Positions 39,917 through 50,600 of a DNA stretch of 64,000 nucleotides are shown piece by piece. This stretch comes from Halorarum halobium (GTDB lineage: Archaea; Halobacteriota; Halobacteria; Halobacteriales; Haloferacaceae): assembly GCF_032116555.1 (NCBI RefSeq), contig NZ_CP134949.1, forward strand, positions 2,914,001-2,978,000, in the 5' to 3' direction. How positions within the stretch are numbered: position 1 is the first letter of the stretch; each line of letters opens with the position of its first letter. The translations under genes were made by a program, and so were the position numbers. The notes beneath the pieces are model-generated. The model was not told the DNA's origin. It was given only the letters and a program-made list of their open reading frames with translations, and did not search any database.

Positions 39917-41292
39917 CGGACACTGACCTCCTCCTCGCCTACTACGGCGACGATATCACCGGGTCGACGGACGCACTGGAAGGGCTGGCGCGAAATGGCG
40001 TCCGGGCAGTCCTCTTCCTCGCCCCGCCCGACTCCGACGACCTCGACGAGTTCGACGGGATTCAGGCGGTGGGCGTCGCGGGACGCAGTCGTTCGATGAC
40101 GCCGGACGAGATGGACGAGACCTTGCCGTCGGCGTTCGAGTCACTCGCAGCACTTGACCCGCCGCTCGTCCACTATAAGGTATGTTCGACGTTCGATTCA
40201 GCCCCCGAAATCGGAAGCATCGGCCACGCGATAGACCTCGCCCAGGACGTCTACGACTCACCGTTCGTCCCCGTATCACAGGGCTCGACGGTTCCACACG
40301 GCCGGTACGTCGCGTTCGGGAACCTATTTGCGGTCCAGGACGGGACGCCGTACCGGATCGACCGTCATCCGACGATGAGCGACCACCCGGTGACGCCCAT
40401 GTCGGAGAGCGACCTCCGTCGCCATCTGGCAGAACAGACCGACCGGTCGATCGGCACCGTCGACGTTCGCAGTTTGGCGACCGTCGACTCGGCAGTCGAC
40501 TCTCTCGACGAAGCGACGGACAACCACGAGATCGTCGTGTTCGACGGGATCACGACCGATCACCTCGAGACGATTGGACGGGTCCTCTGGGACCGGGCGA
40601 CGAGCGAGTCCGATCCGCTGTTTGCCGTCGGGTCGTCCGGCCTCGAACACCACGCGCTGTCGAGCCGATGGGACGCGCTCGGAGAGATCGACCGCTCCCA
40701 GTCCGTTCTCGAGCCACGGTCCCCCGTCGACCGGATCGCGGTGATGTCCGGCAGTGCCTCGCCGGTGACTGCCCGTCAAATCGAGGTCGCCGCGGAGACC
40801 GGATTCACTATCATCGATCTCGAGACGGCACGTCTCGTCGACCCCGCAGAAGCGGCGGACGCGCGCGCGATCGCCGTCGAAGCTGCGGTTCAGGCCATCG
40901 ACGGCGGCCAGAGCGTCGTGCTCGCGGCCGCTCGCGGCCCTGACGATGCCGCAATCGCCGAGACACGACTACGATTCGAATCGGTCGATAGCGACGAGAC
41001 GCTCGGTGCGGTACTCGGTCGGGAACAGGGCGAAATCTTCCGTCGCGTGCTCGAGGAGACCGGAATCGAACGCGCCTGTGTAGCCGGTGGTGATACGAGT
41101 GGCTTCGTCGTGCCAGCACTGGACGTCACGGCGCTAGAGCCCATCGCGCCAACCGCCCCGGGTGCTCCTCTGTGTCGCGCCGCGAGCAATGACCCAACGT
41201 TCGATGGCCTCGAGTTATCGCTCAAGGGCGGTCAGACCGGCGACGATGACTACTTCGAACTCGTCCGACGGGGCGGTGTCCCCGCGGAGTAA
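39913..41292 (+). CDS. oiaK: Four-carbon acid sugar kinase family (DUF1537), 3-oxo-isoapionate kinase-like
   Basis: ATGA overlap with the RLP stop; YYGDDITGSTD, HYKVCSTFDS, RHPTMS.HPVTPM.ESDL, AGGDTS, LKGGQ. Confidence 0.82.
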   Translation: MTDTDLLLAYYGDDITGSTDALEGLARNGVRAVLFLAPPDSDDLDEFDGIQAVGVAGRSRSMTPDEMDETLPSAFESLAALDPPLVHYKVCSTFDSAPEIGSIGHAIDLAQDVYDSPFVPVSQGSTVPHGRYVAFGNLFAVQDGTPYRIDRHPTMSDHPVTPMSESDLRRHLAEQTDRSIGTVDVRSLATVDSAVDSLDEATDNHEIVVFDGITTDHLETIGRVLWDRATSESDPLFAVGSSGLEHHALSSRWDALGEIDRSQSVLEPRSPVDRIAVMSGSASPVTARQIEVAAETGFTIIDLETARLVDPAEAADARAIAVEAAVQAIDGGQSVVLAAARGPDDAAIAETRLRFESVDSDETLGAVLGREQGEIFRRVLEETGIERACVAGGDTSGFVVPALDVTALEPIAPTAPGAPLCRAASNDPTFDGLELSLKGGQTGDDDYFELVRRGGVPAE

Positions 41293-41590
41293 GGCGTCCC
41301 GACGTACCGACGCTGCTGATCGAACGAATCGTCACCCCCGGTTCGAAGACAGCCACGCGACGTCTCGTCCGTTCCGGTTCCGGGATCCCTCTCGTTGAAC
41401 CCATGGTATCGTCGGGGTGCCGACGTACGTTCTGACGGTCGATGAGAGTCCCGGACGATAGATCCCAATCCGGATGGTGATGAATCTGTTACGTCCCGTT
41501 CTGCGTCGACGGTAGTGTTTCAGTGAGCGAACACCATTGGTATCCATCAGGCACCGAAAGGCATATCGTGAGCAGATGAAACTAATTTCC

Positions 41591-42466
41591 ATGGATATTG
41601 TCGTTACGGGCGCCGTTGGACAGACGGGGAGCTGGACCGTGGACCATTTCGCTGATATGGGATACGAGGTACTGGGCCTCGACCTACGGCGACCGCCTGG
41701 TGACCGGTCGAACGTCGATTTCCGTCCGGCAGACGTGACCGACCAGGGCGATGTCCTCGAATTCATCCTCGACGCTGACCCCGACACAGTGATTCACTTC
41801 GGGGGACTACGAAGCGATCGCGGCTCGGACAACGCGATCTTTCACACGAACGTCCAGGGGACGTACAACGTATTAGAAGCGGCCGGACGGACGGACGCGA
41901 ACGTGATCTGGGCCTCCAGCGAGGCCGCATACGGTCGGTTCCTCCCGGACAATCCGGTCGAATACCTCCCGATCGATGAATCACATCCGGTGCGACCGAA
42001 GAGACCGTACGGCACGTCGAAACTCCTCGGCGAAGAGGCCGGCAAAGCGGCGTCCAGACGATACGGGATTTCCGTCGTCTCACTGCGAGCGACTTACATC
42101 CGCTACCCCGGTGAGTACTGGACGGGGATACTCGAATCCGACGACGAAGATCGACTTGGCGAGTCCGGAAATCTCTGGAGCTACGTCGACATTCGCGACG
42201 TACTCGCCTTCATCGAGGCGGCCATCGAGACCGACCTCGACGGGCACGAGGCGTTCAACGTCTCTGCCGTCGATAACCGTGCCGGTGCCCCTACACGGTC
42301 CATCGTCAAAGCGATGTACGGTGACCTGCCCGACCGTTGTGACATCTCCGGCGAAGAGTCAATCTACTCGATCGAGAAGGCCCGCAACCTTCTCGATTGG
42401 ACGCCCGCGCACCGATGGCGGACCGCGGCTGAGGAGGAATCTTACACCCCCTCCTTCCTAGAGTGA
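41591..42466 (+). CDS. NAD-dependent epimerase/dehydratase (extended SDR)
   Basis: VVTGAVGQTG, NVQGTYNVLEAA, ASS, YGTSK (YxxxK), YVDIRD. Confidence 0.88.
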   Translation: MDIVVTGAVGQTGSWTVDHFADMGYEVLGLDLRRPPGDRSNVDFRPADVTDQGDVLEFILDADPDTVIHFGGLRSDRGSDNAIFHTNVQGTYNVLEAAGRTDANVIWASSEAAYGRFLPDNPVEYLPIDESHPVRPKRPYGTSKLLGEEAGKAASRRYGISVVSLRATYIRYPGEYWTGILESDDEDRLGESGNLWSYVDIRDVLAFIEAAIETDLDGHEAFNVSAVDNRAGAPTRSIVKAMYGDLPDRCDISGEESIYSIEKARNLLDWTPAHRWRTAAEEESYTPSFLE

Positions 42467-42934
42467 TCAATGGGGTCGCCGGGGCCTCCGCACTGATACT
42501 CACGAACGAGACAATGTTCGACGAGAAGGGGAACGGTGCATTGGTGTTGCGCAGCGCCGAGCGGATCTCCGTTCAGGTTCGGATGCACGCCGGCGGCGGG
42601 TTCCACTCGGTCGATCGAGTCACCGAACGAACGACTCGAAAGCCGTTGTCAATCGAGGACGTTCGATCACCGCCTCCTTCGAGTCGTGGTCACTGATCCC
42701 GCCCGACGTGCTCGGTGTCAACCTCGATTACGACCCGAAAGGCCGAACCATCCGACCGTGATGAACAGTGCGTCGAGGCGTTCTACAACGAGGGACGACG
42801 GGGTGGCTCTGCCGAGTCACAGGTCCGGTGGCAAGAGCGATCAGAATCTGCTCACCCGTCGCCGTCGATTTCGCGAGCGGTCCGAGACGGCAGATCCCAA
42901 CCTATAAGCGAGTTTCCAGCGAATCCCCGACGAC

Positions 42935-45900
42935 ATGCCATCTCCTCCCCGGATATCGGAACGTCCAACGGTCATCGCTCCGAAAGTAGAGTACGAGAGG
43001 GCACCGAACAACGTGGTTCCCAGCGAACCGCGATTTTCGTGGCAGGCGAACGCCGACCGGCGAGGAGTCGTCCAGACTGCATATCGGGTCATCGTCGGCC
43101 GGACGAGAGACGATGTCGTAGAGAAACGGGGGTCACTCTGGGATTCGGGGAAAGTGGACGGATCCGATTCGACGTCCGTCGTGTACGACGGTGTTCCCCT
43201 GGAGGCGGACAGCGACTACTACTGGAGGGTGCGGATCTGGGACGAGGACGACCGACCCTCGAAATGGTCCGACCTCTCCAGCTTCTCGACTGCGCTCTCC
43301 GGCGAGCACGAGTGGGATGGCGAGTGGATCAGCTACCAACCGGGCGCCGGCGACTCGAACGGCTACCGGAGTCGCTGGCATCCCGCCACCAAGGACCCCG
43401 AGGAGTGGGTACAGGTCGACCTCGGTGAGTCGCGTCCGATCACGCGGATCGAACTCCATCCGGCGTCGCCGTGCGACGGTCCGGAGACGCCCGATGGCGT
43501 GGTGGTCTCGAACGTCTACTCGATCGACGATGACCTTGAGAGCGGTCCCAGGGGATTCGGGTTCCCCGTTCGCTACCGGATCGAGGTTTCGGACGACGAG
43601 ACGTTCGCCCAGTCGAGCGTCGTCGTCGACAGAACCGAGGAGGCGCAAGCGAACCCGGGGACCGATTCGCGCTCGTTCGACGTGAACACGACCGCACGGT
43701 ACGTCCGGGTCGTTGCCACCGACCTGTACACGTTCGATCCGGCGACTCCTCCAAGAGACCGGTTTGGCCAGCTACGGACCGAGTTTGCCCCGGAGGCCTA
43801 CGGGTCGTGGCAGACCTTCGCCCTCGCCGGCCTCGGAGTGTACAACGGCGGTGAAACCGACGTCGCAGCCGACCGGCCGGTGACCGCATCGTCCAGTGTC
43901 GAGCGAGAGGGGTGGGGCCGATCCAACCTCGTCGACGGATGGTACGCGTCGCGGACGGCGGCCGCCTCACCGCTGTTTCGGACCGACGTGGCGCTCGATG
44001 GAGATGTCGTACGTGCCAGAGCGCACGTCTGCACGCTCGGGTACGGTGAACTGTATGCCAATGGCGAACGAGTGGGTAACGAGGTTCTCAACCCAGGGTG
44101 GACCGAGTACGACGAGCGGGCGCTGTACAGCACGTACGACCTCAGTGAACACCTCGAAGCGGGCGAGAATGCACTGGGCCTCTGGCTCGGGCGGGGATGG
44201 TTCTCGAAGAACGCGCAGGGATGGACGGGCTTCGGTTCGCCGCGTGCCCTCCTGCATCTGACCCTCGAGTACGCGGACGGTTCGACCCGGACGATCGGGA
44301 CCGACGAGTCGTGGACGGCGACGGAGAGCCCCATCGTCGAACACGACCTCTACGATGGCGAGCGGTACGACGCCCGCCTGGAACAGCCGGGATGGACGGA
44401 ACCAGATTTCGACGGCGAATGGGAGTACGCGACGGTCGTCGAGGGCCCGGACGGGGAGCTCACACCCCAGCGACTCCCGCCGATCCGCGTGACGGAACAG
44501 ATCGATCCGGTTGAGGTTCACGACCACGAGAAGGGCCCGATCTTCGATTTCGGCCAGAACCTCGTCGGCTGGGTGGCGATCAACGTACACGGCGCTGACG
44601 CCGGCGACGAGATAACGATTCGGCACGCAGAGACCCTCCTGGACGATGGAAGTCTCGCGATGGGAGATCTCCGAACGGCCGACGCGACGGACACCTACGT
44701 CGCTGCCGATTCGAGCCGGGCAACTTACCGACCTCGATTTACGTACCACGGATTCAGATACGTGCAGGTGTCGAACTACCCGGGCGATCTCTCGACGGAC
44801 GACCTACGCGCACACGTCGTCCATTCCGATCTCGACCGGATCGGTTCGTTCGACTGCTCGAATACGGACCTCCGTCAAGTGCAACGGAACGCGATGTGGG
44901 GCCTTCGGGGTAACGTACACAGCGTCCTCACGGACTGTCCACAGCGCGACGAACGGTTCGGCTGGACCGGCGATAACCACATCGCCGGCCGGTCACTGAT
45001 GTTCAACTTCGACGCGGCGCTGTTTTACGAGAAGTGGATGAACGACCACGCTGACGTCCAGTCGGACCACGGCTACGTGGCGGACACGATCCCGTACGGC
45101 TATGGATCTACGCCAGAAGACCCGACCTGGGGCATCACGCAGGTCACCATTCCCTGGCACCTGTACCGGCACTACGGTGACCGTGGCGTCCTCAAGCGTC
45201 ACTACGAACGGATGCGTCGGTACGTCGACTACTGGGATGAACAGTCGAACGACGGGATCATTCCCGACAAGTACGGGAAATACGGTGACTGGCTCGCGTT
45301 CGAAAACGCCGACGGGCGACGGGGACTGCCGTTCGACCTGTTCAATAGCGCGTTCCATTACCACACGACGAATCTGTTCGCGAAGATAGCGACGACGCTC
45401 GGAAACGAGGCTGACGCCGCCACGTATCGACGGCGCGCAGAACACATCGCTGACGCCATCAACAACGAATTCTTCCGAGCTGATGAGGCGCGGTACGGAC
45501 CTGGAACGCAAGCATCGTACACGGTTCCGCTGTTCGTGGGACTCGTCCCGGACGAACACGTGAACGACGTCGCCACGCGGTTGGCTGAGACTGTCCGTTC
45601 GGACGGTTGCAAACTGAAGACCGGCTTCCTCGGCACACGTCCGCTCCTCCATACCCTCGTCGACCATGGGTACGAGGAGATCGCCTACGAAGTCGTGAGC
45701 CAACCGGAGCAGCCCGGATGGGTGTACATGGTCCGGCAGGGCGCGACGACGATGTGGGAGCGCTGGGACTCGGACTCCCGGATCGGTTCCGGGATGAACT
45801 CGTTTAATCACTCTCCGTTCACGTTCGTCTCCGAGTACCTCTACGAGGCGATCGCCGGACTCCGACTGGGCGACGATCCAGTCACTGACCATGCGACGGT

Positions 45901-46225
45901 CGCACCGACGCTCGTTGACGCCCTCGACTGGGCCGAAGGGCAGGTGGAGACGCCCAACGGCGAGTTCACGGTGGCCTGGGAGCGGACTGACTCCGACCGG
46001 GGATACGAACTCTCCACGACAGTCCCATGGAACACGACCGCAACGGTTCGCCTGCCCGGTGCGGCTGACTCGCTCGTCACCGAGTCCGGCACGCGACTCG
46101 CTGGGACGACCGGTGACGTTCCGGACGGTATCGACGCTGTTCGCCAAGAGGAGGGCGATCTCGTCGTCGAAGTCGGTTCCGGGACGTACCAGTTCGCCGT
46201 TGAATCGGAGCAGCCCTCCCGCTGA
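42935..46225 (+). CDS. GH78 alpha-L-rhamnosidase with an inserted discoidin/F5-8-like domain
   Basis: PRFSW, LWDSGKV, DFGQNLVG, FTYHGFRY, TDCPQRDERFGWTGD, GATTMWERW, MNSFNH; no signal peptide. Confidence 0.92.
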   Translation: MPSPPRISERPTVIAPKVEYERAPNNVVPSEPRFSWQANADRRGVVQTAYRVIVGRTRDDVVEKRGSLWDSGKVDGSDSTSVVYDGVPLEADSDYYWRVRIWDEDDRPSKWSDLSSFSTALSGEHEWDGEWISYQPGAGDSNGYRSRWHPATKDPEEWVQVDLGESRPITRIELHPASPCDGPETPDGVVVSNVYSIDDDLESGPRGFGFPVRYRIEVSDDETFAQSSVVVDRTEEAQANPGTDSRSFDVNTTARYVRVVATDLYTFDPATPPRDRFGQLRTEFAPEAYGSWQTFALAGLGVYNGGETDVAADRPVTASSSVEREGWGRSNLVDGWYASRTAAASPLFRTDVALDGDVVRARAHVCTLGYGELYANGERVGNEVLNPGWTEYDERALYSTYDLSEHLEAGENALGLWLGRGWFSKNAQGWTGFGSPRALLHLTLEYADGSTRTIGTDESWTATESPIVEHDLYDGERYDARLEQPGWTEPDFDGEWEYATVVEGPDGELTPQRLPPIRVTEQIDPVEVHDHEKGPIFDFGQNLVGWVAINVHGADAGDEITIRHAETLLDDGSLAMGDLRTADATDTYVAADSSRATYRPRFTYHGFRYVQVSNYPGDLSTDDLRAHVVHSDLDRIGSFDCSNTDLRQVQRNAMWGLRGNVHSVLTDCPQRDERFGWTGDNHIAGRSLMFNFDAALFYEKWMNDHADVQSDHGYVADTIPYGYGSTPEDPTWGITQVTIPWHLYRHYGDRGVLKRHYERMRRYVDYWDEQSNDGIIPDKYGKYGDWLAFENADGRRGLPFDLFNSAFHYHTTNLFAKIATTLGNEADAATYRRRAEHIADAINNEFFRADEARYGPGTQASYTVPLFVGLVPDEHVNDVATRLAETVRSDGCKLKTGFLGTRPLLHTLVDHGYEEIAYEVVSQPEQPGWVYMVRQGATTMWERWDSDSRIGSGMNSFNHSPFTFVSEYLYEAIAGLRLGDDPVTDHATVAPTLVDALDWAEGQVETPNGEFTVAWERTDSDRGYELSTTVPWNTTATVRLPGAADSLVTESGTRLAGTTGDVPDGIDAVRQEEGDLVVEVGSGTYQFAVESEQPSR

Positions 46226-46334
46226 CTGCGCCCAAGACACGCCTGAACGATGGTTGTGGGCGATCCGTTCGGATCTTCGAGCCGGATACCCCCTCGCTTT
46301 ATTAGAATCCATCTCTCGTGTCTATCCGTCTGTC

Positions 46335-47636
46335 ATGAGCGAACAGTATGGACACGAACGCGAGTTCGTTCGAACGTTCTTCACGTCTCCGACCGCGGTG
46401 AAGGGGGAGGACGACTCCGCCAAGATGATCCGCAGCGCGGCCGGACTCCGCGGGCTCCAGGCCCCCGACGTCTGGGTCCCCGACAACGAGGACGCGACCG
46501 CGCCCGCCATGCGTGAGGAGGGCGTCGAGAACATCGTCGAGGTCGTCGCCGAGCACGGTGCCGAGTTCCCCGGCGAGATCCACCCCCGCGTCGTCTGGCA
46601 CCGCGACAGCCCCACCACGCGTCACTCGGGGTTCCAGCAGATCATGGAGATCGCCGACCCCGACAACGGCGCGGTCGAGCACGTCGACGGGTTCGTCATT
46701 CCGGAAGTGGGTGACGTCGACGACTGGAAGAAGGCCGACGAGTTCCTCACCATCGTCGAGACCGAGCACGGACTGGAGGAGGGGAGCCTCTCGATGTCCG
46801 TGATCGTCGAGAGCGGCGAGGCCGAACTCGCCATGGCCGACCTCCGCGAGGAGATGGGCAAGCCCTCGAACAATCTCGAACGGCTGTTCATGCTCGTCGA
46901 CGGCGAGGTCGACTACACCAAGGACATGCGGGCGATGACGCCGACCGGCGAACTGCCGCCCTGGCCCGAACTCCGGCACAACACCTCCCGCGGTGCCAGC
47001 GCCGCCGGCCTGATCGCCGTGGACGGCCCGTACGACGACATCCGCGACGTCGAGGGCTATCGCGACCGGATGCGGGACAATCGGGCCAAGGGGATGACCG
47101 GCATCTGGTCGCTGACGCCCACACAGGTCGAAGTGGCGAACACCGACCCGCTCCCGCCGACAACCGGAAGCTGGCTGCTCTCGGTCGGGGACGACGAGGT
47201 CGACCTCCCCGCCGAGGGCGACCGGGCCGTCTACGACGGCGAGGACCTCTCGCTGGCGGAGACCGACGACGGGTACGTCCTGGGTGTCGACGGCGACGAG
47301 CACGAACTGGACGCCGACGGCCTGCACGAGGAACTGCTCGACCGCATCTCGTACGTGCCGAGCATGGACGACATCGTCGACTCGATGGAGGAGTTCGAGG
47401 CCGCAAAGGAGGCGGGCAGGGGCGCGATCGCCATGACCCAGTCCACGACGCTCGTCCTCGACGGCGTCGAGGTGGCGTTCAGCACGGATCGGATGTGGGA
47501 CGAGGCGACCTACCAGGCGGCCCAGACGCCGATCACGCTGTTCCAGGACGTCTACGAGCACCGACCCGACCAGCACGCGGAACTCGAGGAGATGTACGGC
47601 CCCGACGTCGTCCAACGGGCGAGGAACCTCGGATAG
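46335..47636 (+). CDS. aceB: Haloarchaeal malate synthase (MSH)
   Basis: 433 aa from ATG 46335; REFVRTFFTSPTAV.GEDDSAKM, APDVWVPDNEDATAP, VDGEVDYTKDMRA, MWDEATY, as recalled for Haloferax AceB. Confidence 0.9.
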   Translation: MSEQYGHEREFVRTFFTSPTAVKGEDDSAKMIRSAAGLRGLQAPDVWVPDNEDATAPAMREEGVENIVEVVAEHGAEFPGEIHPRVVWHRDSPTTRHSGFQQIMEIADPDNGAVEHVDGFVIPEVGDVDDWKKADEFLTIVETEHGLEEGSLSMSVIVESGEAELAMADLREEMGKPSNNLERLFMLVDGEVDYTKDMRAMTPTGELPPWPELRHNTSRGASAAGLIAVDGPYDDIRDVEGYRDRMRDNRAKGMTGIWSLTPTQVEVANTDPLPPTTGSWLLSVGDDEVDLPAEGDRAVYDGEDLSLAETDDGYVLGVDGDEHELDADGLHEELLDRISYVPSMDDIVDSMEEFEAAKEAGRGAIAMTQSTTLVLDGVEVAFSTDRMWDEATYQAAQTPITLFQDVYEHRPDQHAELEEMYGPDVVQRARNLG

Positions 47637-47687
47637 TTCCGTCCCCGGGAGGCGATGCCGGTCCGCTCGACGATCAGCAAGTCGGTA

Positions 47688-50600
47688 TCAAACGATCGCT
47701 TCGTGAACCTTCTCGATGGGATGAGACACGCGCTCACCGTATCGGTCGTCGAGTTGTGTCCGACATGATGCCCCCGGTGCCACGACGCTCTCACCCGGAC
47801 TTCGGTCCACCTGGTCGTACAGGATCCGTCCGATGGCCTTCGAGAGGTCGTAGTGTTCGGCCTCGTATCCGAAGGAGCCAGCCATGCCACAACAGCTGGA
47901 GTCGAGGGAGTCGACTTCGTATCCGACCGCCCGTAACACCGCTGCGGTGTGGTGGTCGCGGTTCAACGCCGACTGGTTGCAGTGGCCATGGTACGTGAGG
48001 TGTTCTCCGGACACACGGAACTCGATCTCGTCGTACACTCGATACGTGTTCAGGTACTCACATATCCCGTAGGCGTTCGCGGAGACGGTCCGAACGTCCC
48101 CGCCGGAGAGTAGGTCGAGATACTCGTCCTGGAACATCGCCGCATCCGACGGCTCGACGAAGACGACCGACCATCCATCCTCGAGGAAGGGTGCCAGCGC
48201 GTCGACGTTAGTCGACGCCCGGTCGCGAGCCTCGTCCAAGAGACCCATCGAGAACGCCGCTCTTCCGCTCGGTTCGACTTCACTGGGAGCGAGGACTCGA
48301 ACGTGGACGTTTGCCTCCTCGAGGACGTCCACGGCGGCCTTTCCGGGTTCGGGGTAGCTGTAGTTCGTGTACGTGTCCGGAAACAGGAGGACTTTGTCGC
48401 TCGAGGCATCGATCGAGACACGGTTCTCGCGGGACCGCGCCCAGTCGACGAATGTCTCTCGCCGAAACGTGGGCGTATCGCGCTCGGCTGCGATACCGAA
48501 CAGCCGTTCTCCGAGGAAGTCGGCACCGGGAAGCTGTTGCATCCAGTTCGAGAGCGGCGCGAGGTTGCTTCCGATGGCACTGACTCGGTCGACGTTGGCA
48601 AACAGTCGCTCGCGAACCGTGCGTCCCGCCTCCTGATGGTATTCGTGTTTCACTTCAGCCTTGAGTTTCGCCAGGTCGACACCGGTGGGGCAGTCGCTCT
48701 TACAGCCCTTACAGCCCACGCAGAGGTCCAGGACCTCCGTCTGGAATCGTTCGGAGTACAGTTCCGATTCAGGGAGTTCCCCACTGATCGCAGCGCGGAG
48801 AAGGTTCGCCCGGCCACGCGTCGTCTGGATCTCCTCGTTGGATGCACGGTAGGTCGGGCACATGACGTCGCTACCCGTCTGGCGACACGTCCCGCATCCG
48901 TTGCAAAGTTCGACGAGATCGGAGAACCCACCTTCGTCGGTGAAATCGAGCGTCGTCTGTGGCTCAAGCGACTGATAGTCCGCGCCATACCGGAGGTTCT
49001 CGCGCATGTCGGCACCGACGCCACGTTCGGAGTCCGGCCCGATGTCATCCGGCCCGTCGCGGTAGACGACGTTACCAGGATGCATGTCCCATCCGGGATC
49101 GAAGGCTGTCTTGACCGCCTTGAACGCTGCCCAGAGATCTTCACCGTACATCTTGGGATTGAATTCGGTGCGAGCCATCCCGTCGCCGTGTTCGCCCGAG
49201 AACGCACCGTGGTGTTCGAGTACCAGGTCAGTCACGTCTTCGGTGATCGAGTGCATCGTCTCGATGCCCGCCTCCGTCTTCAAGTTCAGAACGGGGCGGA
49301 TGTGAAGCGTTCCCGACCCAGCGTGGGCGAAGTAGGCAGCCGAGGTACCGTGGGTGTCGAGGACGGCTTCGAACTTCTCGACGTACTCGGCCAATTCGGC
49401 CGGCGGGACCGTCGCATCTTCGATAAACGGGTACGGCTTTGGGTCCCCTTCGAGTGACATGAGTAGAGGGATGGCCGCTTTTCGCAATTTCCAGATGTCG
49501 GCCTGGTCCTCGTCGGTGTACGCTTCGACGACATCGAACGCGTTACCGTCATCGAGAAACCGTTCGTTGGTCGCGGCGATGGCCGCCTCGAAATCGTCGT
49601 GGAGTTCCGAGTCGTACTCGAGCATCAAGGCGGCCGCCGTTCCTTCAGGTAGGGGTTCGACGTACTCGGCATACCCGTCCGACTCGGAGGCGAGCCGGAA
49701 GACCTCATCGTCCATCAGTTCGACGGCGCTGACGTCGTACTCCAGGGCGACCGGAACCGCCTGCATCGCCTTGACCAGATCGTCGAAACAGTACAAAGCG
49801 AGCGTCGTCGCCTCGGGCACGGTCACCAGTGAGATCTCGGCTTCGACGATGACGCCCAGCGTGCCTTCTGCGCCGACGAACAGTTTCGCGAGGTTGATCA
49901 CCTGCTCGCCGTCTTCGTTCTCGTAGATCACCCGGTCGAGATTGTAGCCGGACACGCGGCGTTTGAGTTCGGGGTAGCGTTCGGCGATCTCTTCTTCATT
50001 GTCCTCGACAAGTTGGCGAACGGTCTCGTACACGTTGGCCTCACGGTCGTCTTTCCCGACGATGTGGTCGTATTCCTCGCTATCGATGACGACCTCACGG
50101 GCGTGGAGGAGGGTACCGTCGGAGAGCACGGCCTTCACTTCTTCCGTATACGCGTCGGTGATGCCATAGCGCACGGAGTGTGCACCGGTCGAGTTGTTGC
50201 CGATGCCGCCACCGACGGTCGCACGATTCGACGAGGCGGGGTCCGGCGCGAACTGTAGTCCGTGCTCGGCCAGCACCGCGTCGAGGTCGTCCTGGACGAC
50301 GCCCGGTTGGATCCTCGCTCGCTGCTCGTCGGGGCGAACGTCGAGCACCTCGTTCATGTGTCTGGACATATCAAGGATGACACAACCCGGGCCGACAGCC
50401 TGACCCCCGAGAGATGACCCCGTTCCCCTTGGCATCACCGGGACATCGTGGTCCGTCGCTACCTCGACTGCCGTCTGCACGTCCTCGACCGAGGTGGGAT
50501 AGACGACGCCGGCGGGCCGAGACTGGTAAATGCTGCCGTCCGTGGCGTAGAGAATTTGTGCGTATTCGTCGAAGCGAACGTCACCGGCAACTGCGGCTCC

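Noticed and set aside
30410..47615. Long antisense ORFs (e.g. 30410-31633, 32054-33217, 44993-46312, 46302-47615)
   Set aside because: Shadow frames of real genes in GC-rich, codon-biased DNA, with no recognisable motifs
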